DNA from: Nitrosopumilales archaeon
GTDB taxonomy: Archaea > Thermoproteota > Nitrososphaeria > Nitrososphaerales > Nitrososphaeraceae
Reading direction: 5' to 3'
DNA length: 64,000 bases
Assembly (NCBI GenBank): GCA_044507735.1
Contig: JBIQJB010000006.1
Location: forward strand, 1-64,000
The notes beneath the pieces were generated by a model, which searched no databases, was not told where the DNA came from, and was given only the letters and a program-made list of their open reading frames with translations. Each line of letters starts with the position of its first letter. Within the stretch, counting starts at the first letter, position 1. Shown here one piece after another: positions 48,576 through 58,000 of this stretch. The position numbers and the translations under genes were made by a program.

Positions 48576-49769
48576 ATGAAACTAGATTTTCCGAGATATA
48601 CTGAGCGGCTTGGTGCTGTCAGCATCCATGCTGTGCAGCGTATTTACGAGCTTGATTCTGGAAAATCAAAGGGATTCCAGTCGTCGCACCAGACCGTCAG
48701 AAAGTTCGATTATGACGAAATTTCGAACATAATGCATGACCTTGCAATTGTCATCCCTATGAAGAATGAAAAGCTAAAGTTGCTTGAAGGCGTGCTCAGC
48801 GGGATACCAAATGAATGTCTTGTAATCATTGTTTCGAACAGTGCCAGAGCTCCTGTGGACAGATTTGCGATGGAAGCTGAGGCAGTAAGGCAGCTTGCCA
48901 GATTCATGGACAAGCGCATCATAATGGTGCACCAGCAGGATTCATGCCTTGCAGAGGTGTTCAAGAAAGTCGGCTACGATTCAATCCTCGATTCTGAAGG
49001 TGGCATAAGGAGCGGCAAGGCAGAGGGTATGGTGATAGGCCTCTTGGCTGCAAAGATGTATCACAAAGACTATGTTGGCTTTATCGATTCGGACAATTAT
49101 GTGCCAGGCGCAGTCAACGAATATGTCAAAATATTTGCTGCAGGCTTTGGTATGGCAACCACGCCTTATTGCAACGTCAGGGTGTCATGGGTTTTCAAGC
49201 CAAAAGTAAGAAACAACGCGCTCCAGTTCTCAAAGTGGGGCAGAGTATCAGAAATAACGAATAGAAACCTCAACGCTCTTCTTGCAAGCATCACAGGATT
49301 TGAAACCGAGGTTATCAAAACTGGCAATGCAGGTGAACATGCACTTTCAATGCCCCTTGCAGAATGCCTTCATTACACCAGTGGCTATTCCATGGAAACG
49401 AGGGAGTTTATCGACATACTGGAAAAATTTGGAGGTCTTATTCCCTCAGATTATCCGCAGATAGTTGACAAGGGTGTAGAGATATTCCAGATAGAGACAC
49501 GGAACCCCCACTTTCATGAAGACAAGGGCATGGCCCACCTAAATGAGATGCTCGAAGCATCTCTTGCGACAATATTTGACAGCAAGATCTGTCCTCCAGA
49601 CTTGAAAGAGTCGCTTCGGGATCAGCTAAAACAAGTGACTAAGAAGAAGTCGGATCATGTCAAGAAATACCATATGCTGGAACCCATCAATACAATCCAC
49701 ATGCCAGAATTTGAGAAAGGGATCAGAGAAAAAACGAACTCGTTTATAAAAATAGGCCGACTAAAGTAG
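48576..49769 (+). CDS. mpgS: mannosyl-3-phosphoglycerate synthase
   Basis: LEGVLSGIP, SGKAEGM, GFIDSDNY.PGAVNEY, WGRVS, GNAGEHA, ETRNPH.HE.KG (GT55). Confidence 0.95.
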   Translation: MKLDFPRYTERLGAVSIHAVQRIYELDSGKSKGFQSSHQTVRKFDYDEISNIMHDLAIVIPMKNEKLKLLEGVLSGIPNECLVIIVSNSARAPVDRFAMEAEAVRQLARFMDKRIIMVHQQDSCLAEVFKKVGYDSILDSEGGIRSGKAEGMVIGLLAAKMYHKDYVGFIDSDNYVPGAVNEYVKIFAAGFGMATTPYCNVRVSWVFKPKVRNNALQFSKWGRVSEITNRNLNALLASITGFETEVIKTGNAGEHALSMPLAECLHYTSGYSMETREFIDILEKFGGLIPSDYPQIVDKGVEIFQIETRNPHFHEDKGMAHLNEMLEASLATIFDSKICPPDLKESLRDQLKQVTKKKSDHVKKYHMLEPINTIHMPEFEKGIREKTNSFIKIGRLK

Positions 49770-50442
49770 TCGTCGTTTGTGCTTCCTTATCCACCTGCCA
49801 GATGACTTGCGATGCACTACGTCCAGACTACCAAGACCGTGGCGACTGAATCTGCATGCTTGACGTACCAAATGGATCGTCCAAGGCTCCGACTCAGTCA
49901 GAGTGAACCGGGGTATGGCTAGTTACACAGCACTTCATAGCCAAGTGGGAATCTCACCACTTCGGCAATTCCGGATTCCGGATGAAGTTCTCGCCAGGTG
50001 CTAGAGCTTGAGAGGAGCATATGTGATCGGGCATAGCACCACATAGACGTCGCACCCCATATCAAGTCCACCTTTGATCCCAGACTAGGTCATATGCAAA
50101 AGTCACTTGCATGTTCACAGAGTCTTCCGGTTGACCTCGCATATCGAGTGGATATCGAATCAGCTGACAGGCCTGTAACTAGAATAGGCAAGAGATCTAT
50201 CGAGAACAAGAAAGGCCAGAAGAAAAAGTCAAGGTGATCATGCAACTTGTTCTGAAGCGACGATCAGAAAGAAAATCATCATTTCTGAATGCTCCAAGTT
50301 TCAAGAACACATGCCAAATCTATGAACTATTGCGTTAAAAACGCGTGTGTTTGAAAAAACACCATTTGCCCATTTCAGATTCATGCAAGAATCACGTTGA
50401 TGAATAATCGCTTAAATATTCTCAAGCATCTTATTTGATTCA

Positions 50443-50817
50443 ATGCGCCTTGTGTTTGTAGTGGGTGCTGCCGTAGGAATCGTAGCTGTAGCCTTACTTG
50501 CAATGCTTGTGTCCGCGCTGCCGACGAAAGATTACGATTTGAGTGTCGATGCTCTCAAGGACGAACAATCACTCTTTACAAATGCTCGCGTTGTGGTAAA
50601 GAACATAGGCAGAATGCCGCTTACAGATGTTCTGGTTGATTATGGAGATGGGTTCAAAGAGCCCACGATTTCGGTGCTCCAGCCCGGTGAGACCTTGAAC
50701 TTTTCGCCGCCAGAAGGCGCGCAGATTGATCGTGTTACAGTCACAGCGGAACCGGGAATAAAGGTAGTGCAATCGTATCGCAGCCCCATAAAGTTGCCTG
50801 GCATGATAGGCTCATGA
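50443..50817 (+). CDS. membrane-anchored Ig/CARDB-like hypothetical protein
   Basis: N-terminal TM; VKNIG..PLTDV...LQPGET pattern. Confidence 0.72.
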   Translation: MRLVFVVGAAVGIVAVALLAMLVSALPTKDYDLSVDALKDEQSLFTNARVVVKNIGRMPLTDVLVDYGDGFKEPTISVLQPGETLNFSPPEGAQIDRVTVTAEPGIKVVQSYRSPIKLPGMIGS

Positions 50818-50849
50818 CGGTGTTTAAATAATCTGCAAAGCAAGAAATC

Positions 50850-51272
50850 TTGTTGGATAGAGACTCCCATTCTGATTCAGAGATAAGAAAGTTCTATGAA
50901 CTGAGAAACATTGCAGTAGTAGGCATGTCCAAGCATGAAGGCAAGGCGGCAAATTACGTGCCCAAGTATCTCATCGATCACGGCTATAACGTGATTCCAG
51001 TAAACCCTACAGCCAATGAAATCATGGGACGCAAATCATATCCTTTAGTGAGCAGCGTTCCAGAGCAGATCGATATTGTTGATATCTTTAGACCATCTGA
51101 GGATGTGCCGGAAGTAGTACAAGATGCGCTAAAAAAGAAAGGAATCAAGGTGATCTGGATGCAGGAGGGCATCTATAGTCCTGAAGCCGAGCGCATGGCA
51201 AGGGAGAATGGAATAGAAGTAGTCTATAACAGGTGCATGCTAGCAGAGCATACCCGGCTCTTTAGGGACTGA
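50850..51272 (+). CDS. CoA-binding protein
   Basis: IAVVGMS, IPVNP, DIVDIFR, WMQEG, NRC. Confidence 0.92.
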   Translation: MLDRDSHSDSEIRKFYELRNIAVVGMSKHEGKAANYVPKYLIDHGYNVIPVNPTANEIMGRKSYPLVSSVPEQIDIVDIFRPSEDVPEVVQDALKKKGIKVIWMQEGIYSPEAERMARENGIEVVYNRCMLAEHTRLFRD

Positions 51273-51306
51273 CTAGGTTAAATTATACAATACATCCGAT
51301 TAAGAA

Positions 51307-51666
51307 ATGATGTCAACAACTATCGAGAAAGTCTTGGAACGCATAAAGCCAATTCTAGAAGAACTGGAGAGCAAGGACCAGATTTCCACCAAGGTTGGAG
51401 TCGACAAGGAATCAGATATGATTAGAATCTACGGGGCTGGCTCTGATTATGTCAAGCGCGCATCTTCGGGACTTGAAGAAATGCTAGAGCTCGCATACAC
51501 AACCGCAGAACATCATCCTTACTGGGCGATTCTGTACCATGCTGCCGAGATATCGAAAGCAGTACTGGAGCGATGGGAATCGGAGCTTACAGCCGACCAG
51601 ATGAGCGAAATTTCATGGCGCTGTGACGAAATCAAGATGGCACTTGACAGGCTTGTGCAAAGGTGA
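51307..51666 (+). CDS. hypothetical protein
   Basis: Clean helical ORF co-oriented with neighbours; AEHHPYW motif. Confidence 0.75.
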   Translation: MMSTTIEKVLERIKPILEELESKDQISTKVGVDKESDMIRIYGAGSDYVKRASSGLEEMLELAYTTAEHHPYWAILYHAAEISKAVLERWESELTADQMSEISWRCDEIKMALDRLVQR

Positions 51667-51892
51667 TTTTAGAAATTCTTATCCGTGAGAGATTCCAAAA
51701 TACTATATGCAAGCCTCAATTGCAAACACGACCAAGAAGCGAGTTAGGTCTGCATTTGTCGGGAACCACGAATTCGTCATTCATGCATCGCTTCTTGGAG
51801 GATTCGTCGGCCTTGTGGGATACCTTGCTGCGATTTGCAACCACATCCACTGACAAGAGTATATAAATAGAATGACAAACAGTGGAAAAGTC

Positions 51893-53107
51893 ATGATAAA
51901 GATCGGGCTGATTGGGAAGACAAATACTGGTAAGACGACGTTTTTTAATTCGGCCACTCTGCTGTCCGCCGAGATATCGAATTACCCTTTTACTACAAAG
52001 CAGCCCGCAGTGGGCAACGCACATGCAATCACTCTGTGCGTCCACAAGGAGTTCAACCTGCAGGACCAGCCGAAAAATTCACGATGTATAGACGGGTGGC
52101 GCTTCATACCTGTAGAGCTCGTCGACCTCCCGGGCCTGATCAAGGGAGCATGGGAGGGCAAGGGGCTTGGCAACCAGTTCCTAACAATAGCAGCTCAGTC
52201 CGACGCATTGCTCCACATTGTTGACGCCTCTGGCAGCATCGATGCATCAGGCAAGATTGCGGAGCCCGGCACTGGCGACCCAGTAGCTGATGTTGCAGAT
52301 ATCGAAGAGGAGCTTGTTATGTGGTACCTTAAGCTGCTGGAGGGGAACCGTGACAAGATATCGCACGCGATCAACGCCGGCACTGAAATAGTTCCTGCGA
52401 TAACCGAAGTGTTCCGCGGCATAGGAGTAAGAGAAGAACACGTCAAAGCCGCTCTTAACCAAAACAATTTAGCCGATGTGTCTTTCGACGACTTTGGTCC
52501 GCAGGAGAGCAAGGACTTTTGCTGGAGCCTAAGGGACATCTCGAAACCTACACTCATTGTAGCAAATAAGGTGGACCTGCCTACAGCCACCGAAAATTTC
52601 AACCGGCTGCGTGAAGAATACAAAGACATGATAGTCGTACCTGCAAGTGCCGATGCCGAACTTACGCTGCGGCGTGCTGAAAGCAGGGGAATAATCAGAT
52701 ACCTCCCCGGTGATGAGCGCTTTGAAATTAATGATCAAACACAGTTGAACGACAAGCAAAAGTGGGCACTCAATTTCATCCGCAAGGACATACTTGGCGA
52801 ATACATGCGCACCGGTGTCCAGTTTGCGATAAACGTCGCGGTCTTTAAGCTGCTGAAGATGAACGCAGTTTATCCTGTCGCGGACGCCCAAAAGTTTTCG
52901 GATAAGCATGGGAACGTTCTGCCCGACGTCTACTTGATGCGAGCCGGATCTACTGTAGAGGATCTTGCCCGCGAAATCCATAGCGATCTTGCAAAGGGTA
53001 TACTTTATGCAATAGATGCCCGCGATGGTCTCCGCCTTCCGACCACCTACCACTTAAAAGATCGGGATGTTTTGTCGATAGTATCCGCAAGAACTAAGAA
53101 AAAGTGA
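51893..53107 (+). CDS. ychF: Obg-family YchF-like ATPase/GTPase with TGS domain
   Basis: GKTNTGKT, YPFTT, DLPG, GLGNQFL, NKVD, TGS tail; start set by TATATAAA at 51860-51867. Confidence 0.92.
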   Translation: MIKIGLIGKTNTGKTTFFNSATLLSAEISNYPFTTKQPAVGNAHAITLCVHKEFNLQDQPKNSRCIDGWRFIPVELVDLPGLIKGAWEGKGLGNQFLTIAAQSDALLHIVDASGSIDASGKIAEPGTGDPVADVADIEEELVMWYLKLLEGNRDKISHAINAGTEIVPAITEVFRGIGVREEHVKAALNQNNLADVSFDDFGPQESKDFCWSLRDISKPTLIVANKVDLPTATENFNRLREEYKDMIVVPASADAELTLRRAESRGIIRYLPGDERFEINDQTQLNDKQKWALNFIRKDILGEYMRTGVQFAINVAVFKLLKMNAVYPVADAQKFSDKHGNVLPDVYLMRAGSTVEDLAREIHSDLAKGILYAIDARDGLRLPTTYHLKDRDVLSIVSARTKKK

Positions 53108-53340
53108 AAAACGGTATGACAGATCTTATGAATGAAATAGAAAAGATATTGCGTAATGATCCTTCAAGAATGTATTCGAGAGAAGAAATTCTGAATCGGC
53201 TAGCTGCAATAAATAAGGATAGAGAGATTGAGCAATTGTTGGCAGAGTTAGAAGTTAAGAGCTCGCTTGCCGAAAACAAGTCTGCTGTATTCGCAAAATG
53301 CAGGGGCGGGACCGTTTACTATAAGTGGAATCAAACATAG
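53104..53340 (+). CDS. small hypothetical protein (winged-helix-like)
   Basis: GTGA overlap with ychF stop; helical then beta-hairpin pattern. Confidence 0.6.
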   Translation: MKNGMTDLMNEIEKILRNDPSRMYSREEILNRLAAINKDREIEQLLAELEVKSSLAENKSAVFAKCRGGTVYYKWNQT

Positions 53341-53609
53341 TCTTTTTCATGCTGAAAGACTGCAATGTTTTTCAGCGATGAATAAATCGAAAGGTAACGC
53401 ATGCCTTTTTCAGTAGTCCTATATGCAATATGCCTCTTATCCTCGTCGGCAAGCTCGATCAGAAGTTTCTTCTCCATGAGGATGTCCAGATATTGTTTTA
53501 ACTGCCCGCTAGTCAAATTTGCGCGGGTAAGGAGCTTTGTCTTTGTAATGCCTCCGTTGGCGGATTCTAAGATGATGGCCATGATGTCGGGCCTGCTCCT
53601 ATTCTTCAC
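53331..53609 (-). CDS. winged helix-turn-helix protein (HTH_45-like)
   Basis: RSRPDIMAIIL...TKTKL...ANL...YL..L...YRTTEKG. Confidence 0.88.
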   Translation of the reverse strand: MKNRSRPDIMAIILESANGGITKTKLLTRANLTSGQLKQYLDILMEKKLLIELADEDKRHIAYRTTEKGMRYLSIYSSLKNIAVFQHEKDYV

Positions 53610-53721
53610 AAATGAGAAAGAGCGCCCCGACTCTATAAATCATAATTGAAGCAAGTTCGCAAACAAGCTGGTAGAATTAGTTTGATCAGTATATTAGTTG
53701 CCGTACGTGCATAGAACGCAA

Positions 53722-54693
53722 ATGCCAAATCCAGATGAGATTCTCATGCTATTTCAGTCAGAATCGGGATACATTTCTGGTCAAGAGCTGGCTAGAAGGG
53801 CAGGGATTTCACGAAGCGCAGTGTGGAAGCAAATTCGCGCGCTCCGCAGGTTTGGCTATTCAGTCGAATCGCGCCACGGGATTGGATATAGGCTTACTGG
53901 CCTGACTGACCTGCCCGTACCTTGGGAGTTGACAAAGATTCTTGATACATCATTTGTTGGCAGGAAGGTTGTTTTCCGTGAAACCGTAGACTCGACGCAA
54001 GACCTAGCACTGTCGCTCGCAGACAAGCCGGACTCTCTGGGTATGGTGGTGATTGCGGAACAGCAGAAAACTGGTAGGGGCAGACATAAGCGAAAGTGGC
54101 TTTCTCCAAAGGGAGGCGTATGGCTCTCTGTAGTGTTAAAGCCGAAAATTCCAATTTCAAGGATGACTCTATTGCCATTTATAGCTGCATTGGCAGTCTG
54201 TGATGCGATAAAGTCTACAGGTCTTGACGCTCGGCTAAAATGGCCAAACGATGTCATGATCTCCGGCAGAAAGGTTGCTGGGATTCTACTTGACGTGAGC
54301 GCAGAGGTAGATGTGATCAACTATGCGGTCATTGGTATAGGAATAAATGCGAACATCGATACTCAAGCGATCTCTGGGCGCCTCGATGGCATAAAGATAA
54401 CATCAATAAGCGATGAGTTGGGTCATCCCATTCGCAGGCTAGAATTGACAAAGGTACTACTGGAAAACTTGGAACACTATTATCTAGAAATGGAGAGGAG
54501 AGGCTCTGATGCAATCATCCAGAAGTGGAAGAGAAACGCTGACATGTTAGGACGCAAAGTCACAGTTATCCAAAACAATAAGAAGACTATTGATGGCATA
54601 GCAGTGGATGTCAAAAATGATGGCTCGCTGATTCTCCGCTCCGAAAGCGGTGACGTTGAGATCACATCCGGCGATATTAGCGTCCGCTACTAG
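53722..54693 (+). CDS. birA: bifunctional biotin-protein ligase/repressor
   Basis: N-terminal HTH (SGQELA...SRSAVWKQI), DSTQ, GRGR, KWPND, KVAGIL, GIGIN. Confidence 0.95.
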   Translation: MPNPDEILMLFQSESGYISGQELARRAGISRSAVWKQIRALRRFGYSVESRHGIGYRLTGLTDLPVPWELTKILDTSFVGRKVVFRETVDSTQDLALSLADKPDSLGMVVIAEQQKTGRGRHKRKWLSPKGGVWLSVVLKPKIPISRMTLLPFIAALAVCDAIKSTGLDARLKWPNDVMISGRKVAGILLDVSAEVDVINYAVIGIGINANIDTQAISGRLDGIKITSISDELGHPIRRLELTKVLLENLEHYYLEMERRGSDAIIQKWKRNADMLGRKVTVIQNNKKTIDGIAVDVKNDGSLILRSESGDVEITSGDISVRY

Positions 54694-56038
54694 GGGTAGG
54701 CGCTCTACACACTATCGCAATGTCATTTACATTGGTACCTGTATAGCCTGTAATTATCAGAGAATGCAGTTTCTTGAGGGCATGGTAACTATCGTGATTG
54801 CGCAGATATTTCTGCAAATCAATTGTCTTGGAAAGAGCAATAGTCCTTGATGAAACAAGGCCTCCAGCGGCGTCAGAGTTACCATCCATCCCATCTGTTC
54901 CCATAAAGGCTGCAGCTGCGCCCTGTCCTGCTCTTGTCAGATATGCTAGTGCTGCCTCTTGGTTCCTCCCGCCGAGGCCACTTGACCTACCTAGTCTTAC
55001 CGTAGTTTCTCCTCCAGCGACAATTGCAAAAGATCCGCTACCAAGATCTGACGCAAGATGCGCCATAAATTTTCCAAACTCAATCGCTTCTCCATCAAAT
55101 TCTGATCCAAGATGCACGGCGCGAATGCCTCTCTTTGCAAGAAAGTTGACTGCTCCCATGCATGCAAGCGCATTATTGCCAATCAAAACATTGTGAACTT
55201 TCAAAAATAATGGATCGTCAGGTTTTGGTGTCTCATCTACTTCGCCTTTTGAGCCTCGTGCGATACGCTCGACTACTGCTTCAGGTTTTCTGATCTTGTA
55301 TTTTTTTAGAATCCGGAGTGCGTCTTTGAATGTAGAGCTATCAGGACAGGTAGGGCCGGAGGAGATGATCCCCAGGTCGTCGCCTACGACATCTGAGATG
55401 ATGAGAGAAACAACAGTGCACGATCTGTCAATGGATCGGAGCAGCTGTCCTCCCTTGACAGCAGACAAATGTTTGCGGACAGAGTTGATCTCATGGATGG
55501 AAGCACCAGAGCGGAGCAGCAAATCCGTGACATTCCTCTTGTTCTCGAGAGTTATGCCTGGAGCAGGGAGGGGCATCAATGCCGATCCGCCTCCCGAAAT
55601 GAGCACAAAGATCAGATCTCCCTTCCGTGCTCTGCTCACAACATCAAGAATCCTCTTGGTACCTTCTATTCCCGACAAGTCTGGTACTGGATGAGAAGCC
55701 AGAGTAACGGAAAGTGAGCCTCTCGACTTTGCATTGGTTCCATAAGGAACTGTAATCGAGCCGGCTACAATTCTCTTGCCCAAAATCGAATAAAGAGCTT
55801 TAGCCATGCCTGCAGCTGCCTTGCCGGCTCCCACAACATAGACTCGGTCAAACTGCGACAGCCGGATATTTTTGCCACTAACATCTGACACCAACAGTTC
55901 TCCTTGGTCGAATCTCAGCGCCCGCTTTACAAGAACTTTGGGCATGACGCTTCTGATAGCGGCCTCAAGAGCAGCGATGACAAGCGATGAAGACTTGTCA
56001 CTGTGAAACCTATTGAGCTCCCGGCGGTTTGCGATCAA
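54677..56038 (-). CDS. glycerate 2-kinase (MOFRL family)
   Basis: GAGKAA, HPVPD, ISGGGSAL, RKHLS.VKGG, SDVVGD, GGETTV, GGRNQE, TGTNVND. Confidence 0.93.
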   Translation of the reverse strand: MIANRRELNRFHSDKSSSLVIAALEAAIRSVMPKVLVKRALRFDQGELLVSDVSGKNIRLSQFDRVYVVGAGKAAAGMAKALYSILGKRIVAGSITVPYGTNAKSRGSLSVTLASHPVPDLSGIEGTKRILDVVSRARKGDLIFVLISGGGSALMPLPAPGITLENKRNVTDLLLRSGASIHEINSVRKHLSAVKGGQLLRSIDRSCTVVSLIISDVVGDDLGIISSGPTCPDSSTFKDALRILKKYKIRKPEAVVERIARGSKGEVDETPKPDDPLFLKVHNVLIGNNALACMGAVNFLAKRGIRAVHLGSEFDGEAIEFGKFMAHLASDLGSGSFAIVAGGETTVRLGRSSGLGGRNQEAALAYLTRAGQGAAAAFMGTDGMDGNSDAAGGLVSSRTIALSKTIDLQKYLRNHDSYHALKKLHSLIITGYTGTNVNDIAIVCRAPTPSSGR

Positions 56039-56060
56039 TTATTTGATTTTGTGTCTGCTA

Positions 56061-56264
56061 CTACTTATTTCTCTTTATTGTATAGAGGCAAAAGTCACAC
56101 TCTTCACAGGCATAGAACAGGTTGTCAAAGCTAGAGCAAAGTTCCATGCTGCCGTGACAGCGTGGGCATTCTATTTCCTGCTCTATGAGATGCACTTGCT
56201 GCTCTTCTTGCGTTTCCGTCCTATTAGCTGCAATTACCTCTTCTGTTTCAAGCTTTGGTTCCAC
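56061..56264 (-). CDS. small zinc-ribbon protein
   Basis: CPRC-x14-CEEC; acidic N-terminus; CTTAA box about 27 nt upstream. Confidence 0.7.
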   Translation of the reverse strand: MEPKLETEEVIAANRTETQEEQQVHLIEQEIECPRCHGSMELCSSFDNLFYACEECDFCLYTIKRNK

Positions 56265-56492
56265 AGTAAAGCTAACCGCCGGTCACTCTTAAGGTATGCA
56301 ATACCCAAAGGGGAGGGGGTATCTGCCCCGGCACTCCTGCAATAAACTCGTAGTAGTGTCTTGTCCGATAAATCTGAACAATCCAATCGATGTTCGAAAA
56401 TACGTCATTGAGGGCGGGATTTGCAAGTTCGGCATGTATTCTTGATATATGGTGCATCAGAAATGATGATTTTTTCGCCATGCGGCAGGCAA

Positions 56493-57929
56493 TTACTCGC
56501 CTTTCATCTGCATACGCGACTTAAAGACAGGCCTTATGCCCAAGGGTGCATAGTTGCCGGTTGAACATGTAAAGCAGAGTTCTTCTTCCGGCATTCCTAT
56601 AGCCCTTGCGAGATTCGCAGTATCGTTGTATAATACATCATCTGCGCCTATGACCTGAGAGACGCGCGCTGCGATTGTAGCATTCGAAGCTTGACTGTCG
56701 CCGTGCTGGTATGCAACAAGCTCCTCCTGCGACGGAAAGTCTATGCCCGCATAGCAGGGATACCTTATAGGCGGATATGTAACCACGAGGCTCACTTTGC
56801 TTGCCCCTACCATCCGCAGAGTCTTGATTATTTCTGCAGAGCTTGTGCCACGTACGATGCTGTCATCCACAACAATCACGTGTTTGCCACCGACCACTTC
56901 GCGTATAGGTATTATCCCCTTGTTTATCTCGACCCTATCGCTCTGGTATGGTTCTATAAAGCTGCGCATTGAGCCTTTTTTGCTGTATCTGTCCTTGAGC
57001 AGGCCTTCTTCAAACGGCAGTCCCAGCTCTTGCGCGTATCCAAGCGCAGCAGGGCGCGCAGAATCTGGTACGGGTACTACAACATCAGCATGTGTTATTG
57101 GGAATTTTTTGGCAAGAAACTGCCCGATCCTCTTCCTTGCCGCGTAAATGTTGACTCCTTCCATAATGCTTGAAGGGTGTGCGAAATAGGTGTATTCGAA
57201 AGCACAATGGGCGTGCGGTTTTTCGTTCGCAAACTGCTGCGAATCGATCCCGCCTTTGCTCATCTTTACTAACTCACCGGGTTCTACGTCTCGAACAAGC
57301 TGCGCCCCAACTGCCGCCAGAGCACATGATTCGGAGGCCACCATGTATGTATTGGTCTCTCGGTGGTGCCCCAAAACCAGAGGTCGAAAGCCCTTTGGAT
57401 CCCTTGCAGCATAGACAGAACCATCATCTGTTAGAAATGTGAAGCAGAAAGAGCCGACCATCTCTCCCCTCAAGATGTGCATCGCTTCGGCCATGTCTTC
57501 CTTGTCAGCAAGGTGCATTACTAGCCGCTGAGCTGCGACAAGCGTGTCGCTCATGGTCTGCGGTGTAAAAGTGCAGCCACCAACCATGCCTGATAGTTCC
57601 TCAACGTTGGCAATGGTACCATTATGAGCGACGCATAGATCCTTTACCTTTAGGGGCTGCGCGTTTTCAAGTGTACTCTTACCAAAGGTGGAATATCTAA
57701 CGTGCCCAATGGCCGCATGAGACTTGTACTTTCTTACGACAGCGGGAAATTCTGGTGCTGCCGAGGAAACTAGCCCAAGCCGCCTAAAAGGAGTCTTGCC
57801 GGGCACCGCAATCCCCCATGACTCCTGCCCTCGGTGCTGCAGAGCGCGCAGAGAATCAATGACAAATGGTATAACGTTGTGCCCGTCAAGTGAAAATATC
57901 CCGACTACGCCACAGTTCTCGTGAACCAA
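56493..57929 (-). CDS. purF: amidophosphoribosyltransferase
   Basis: CGVVG N-terminal nucleophile, QHRGQES, GHVRYST, HNG, PVPDS, VDDSIVRGT, Fe-S cysteines. Confidence 0.97.
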   Translation of the reverse strand: MVHENCGVVGIFSLDGHNVIPFVIDSLRALQHRGQESWGIAVPGKTPFRRLGLVSSAAPEFPAVVRKYKSHAAIGHVRYSTFGKSTLENAQPLKVKDLCVAHNGTIANVEELSGMVGGCTFTPQTMSDTLVAAQRLVMHLADKEDMAEAMHILRGEMVGSFCFTFLTDDGSVYAARDPKGFRPLVLGHHRETNTYMVASESCALAAVGAQLVRDVEPGELVKMSKGGIDSQQFANEKPHAHCAFEYTYFAHPSSIMEGVNIYAARKRIGQFLAKKFPITHADVVVPVPDSARPAALGYAQELGLPFEEGLLKDRYSKKGSMRSFIEPYQSDRVEINKGIIPIREVVGGKHVIVVDDSIVRGTSSAEIIKTLRMVGASKVSLVVTYPPIRYPCYAGIDFPSQEELVAYQHGDSQASNATIAARVSQVIGADDVLYNDTANLARAIGMPEEELCFTCSTGNYAPLGIRPVFKSRMQMKGE

Positions 57930-58000
57930 TCATGCCACCACCAAGAGATACACAGGCAAGCTATACGCTATGCGTTAAAAAACATATCTTATTTTGTCCA

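Noticed and set aside
51663-52045. ORFs 51663-51866 (+) and 51716-52045 (-)
   Set aside because: They overlap the ychF promoter or CDS and have no protein-like motifs
56272-56481. 69-aa minus-strand ORF downstream of purF
   Set aside because: Possible but unsupported: no motif, and it runs across the promoter of the zinc-ribbon gene
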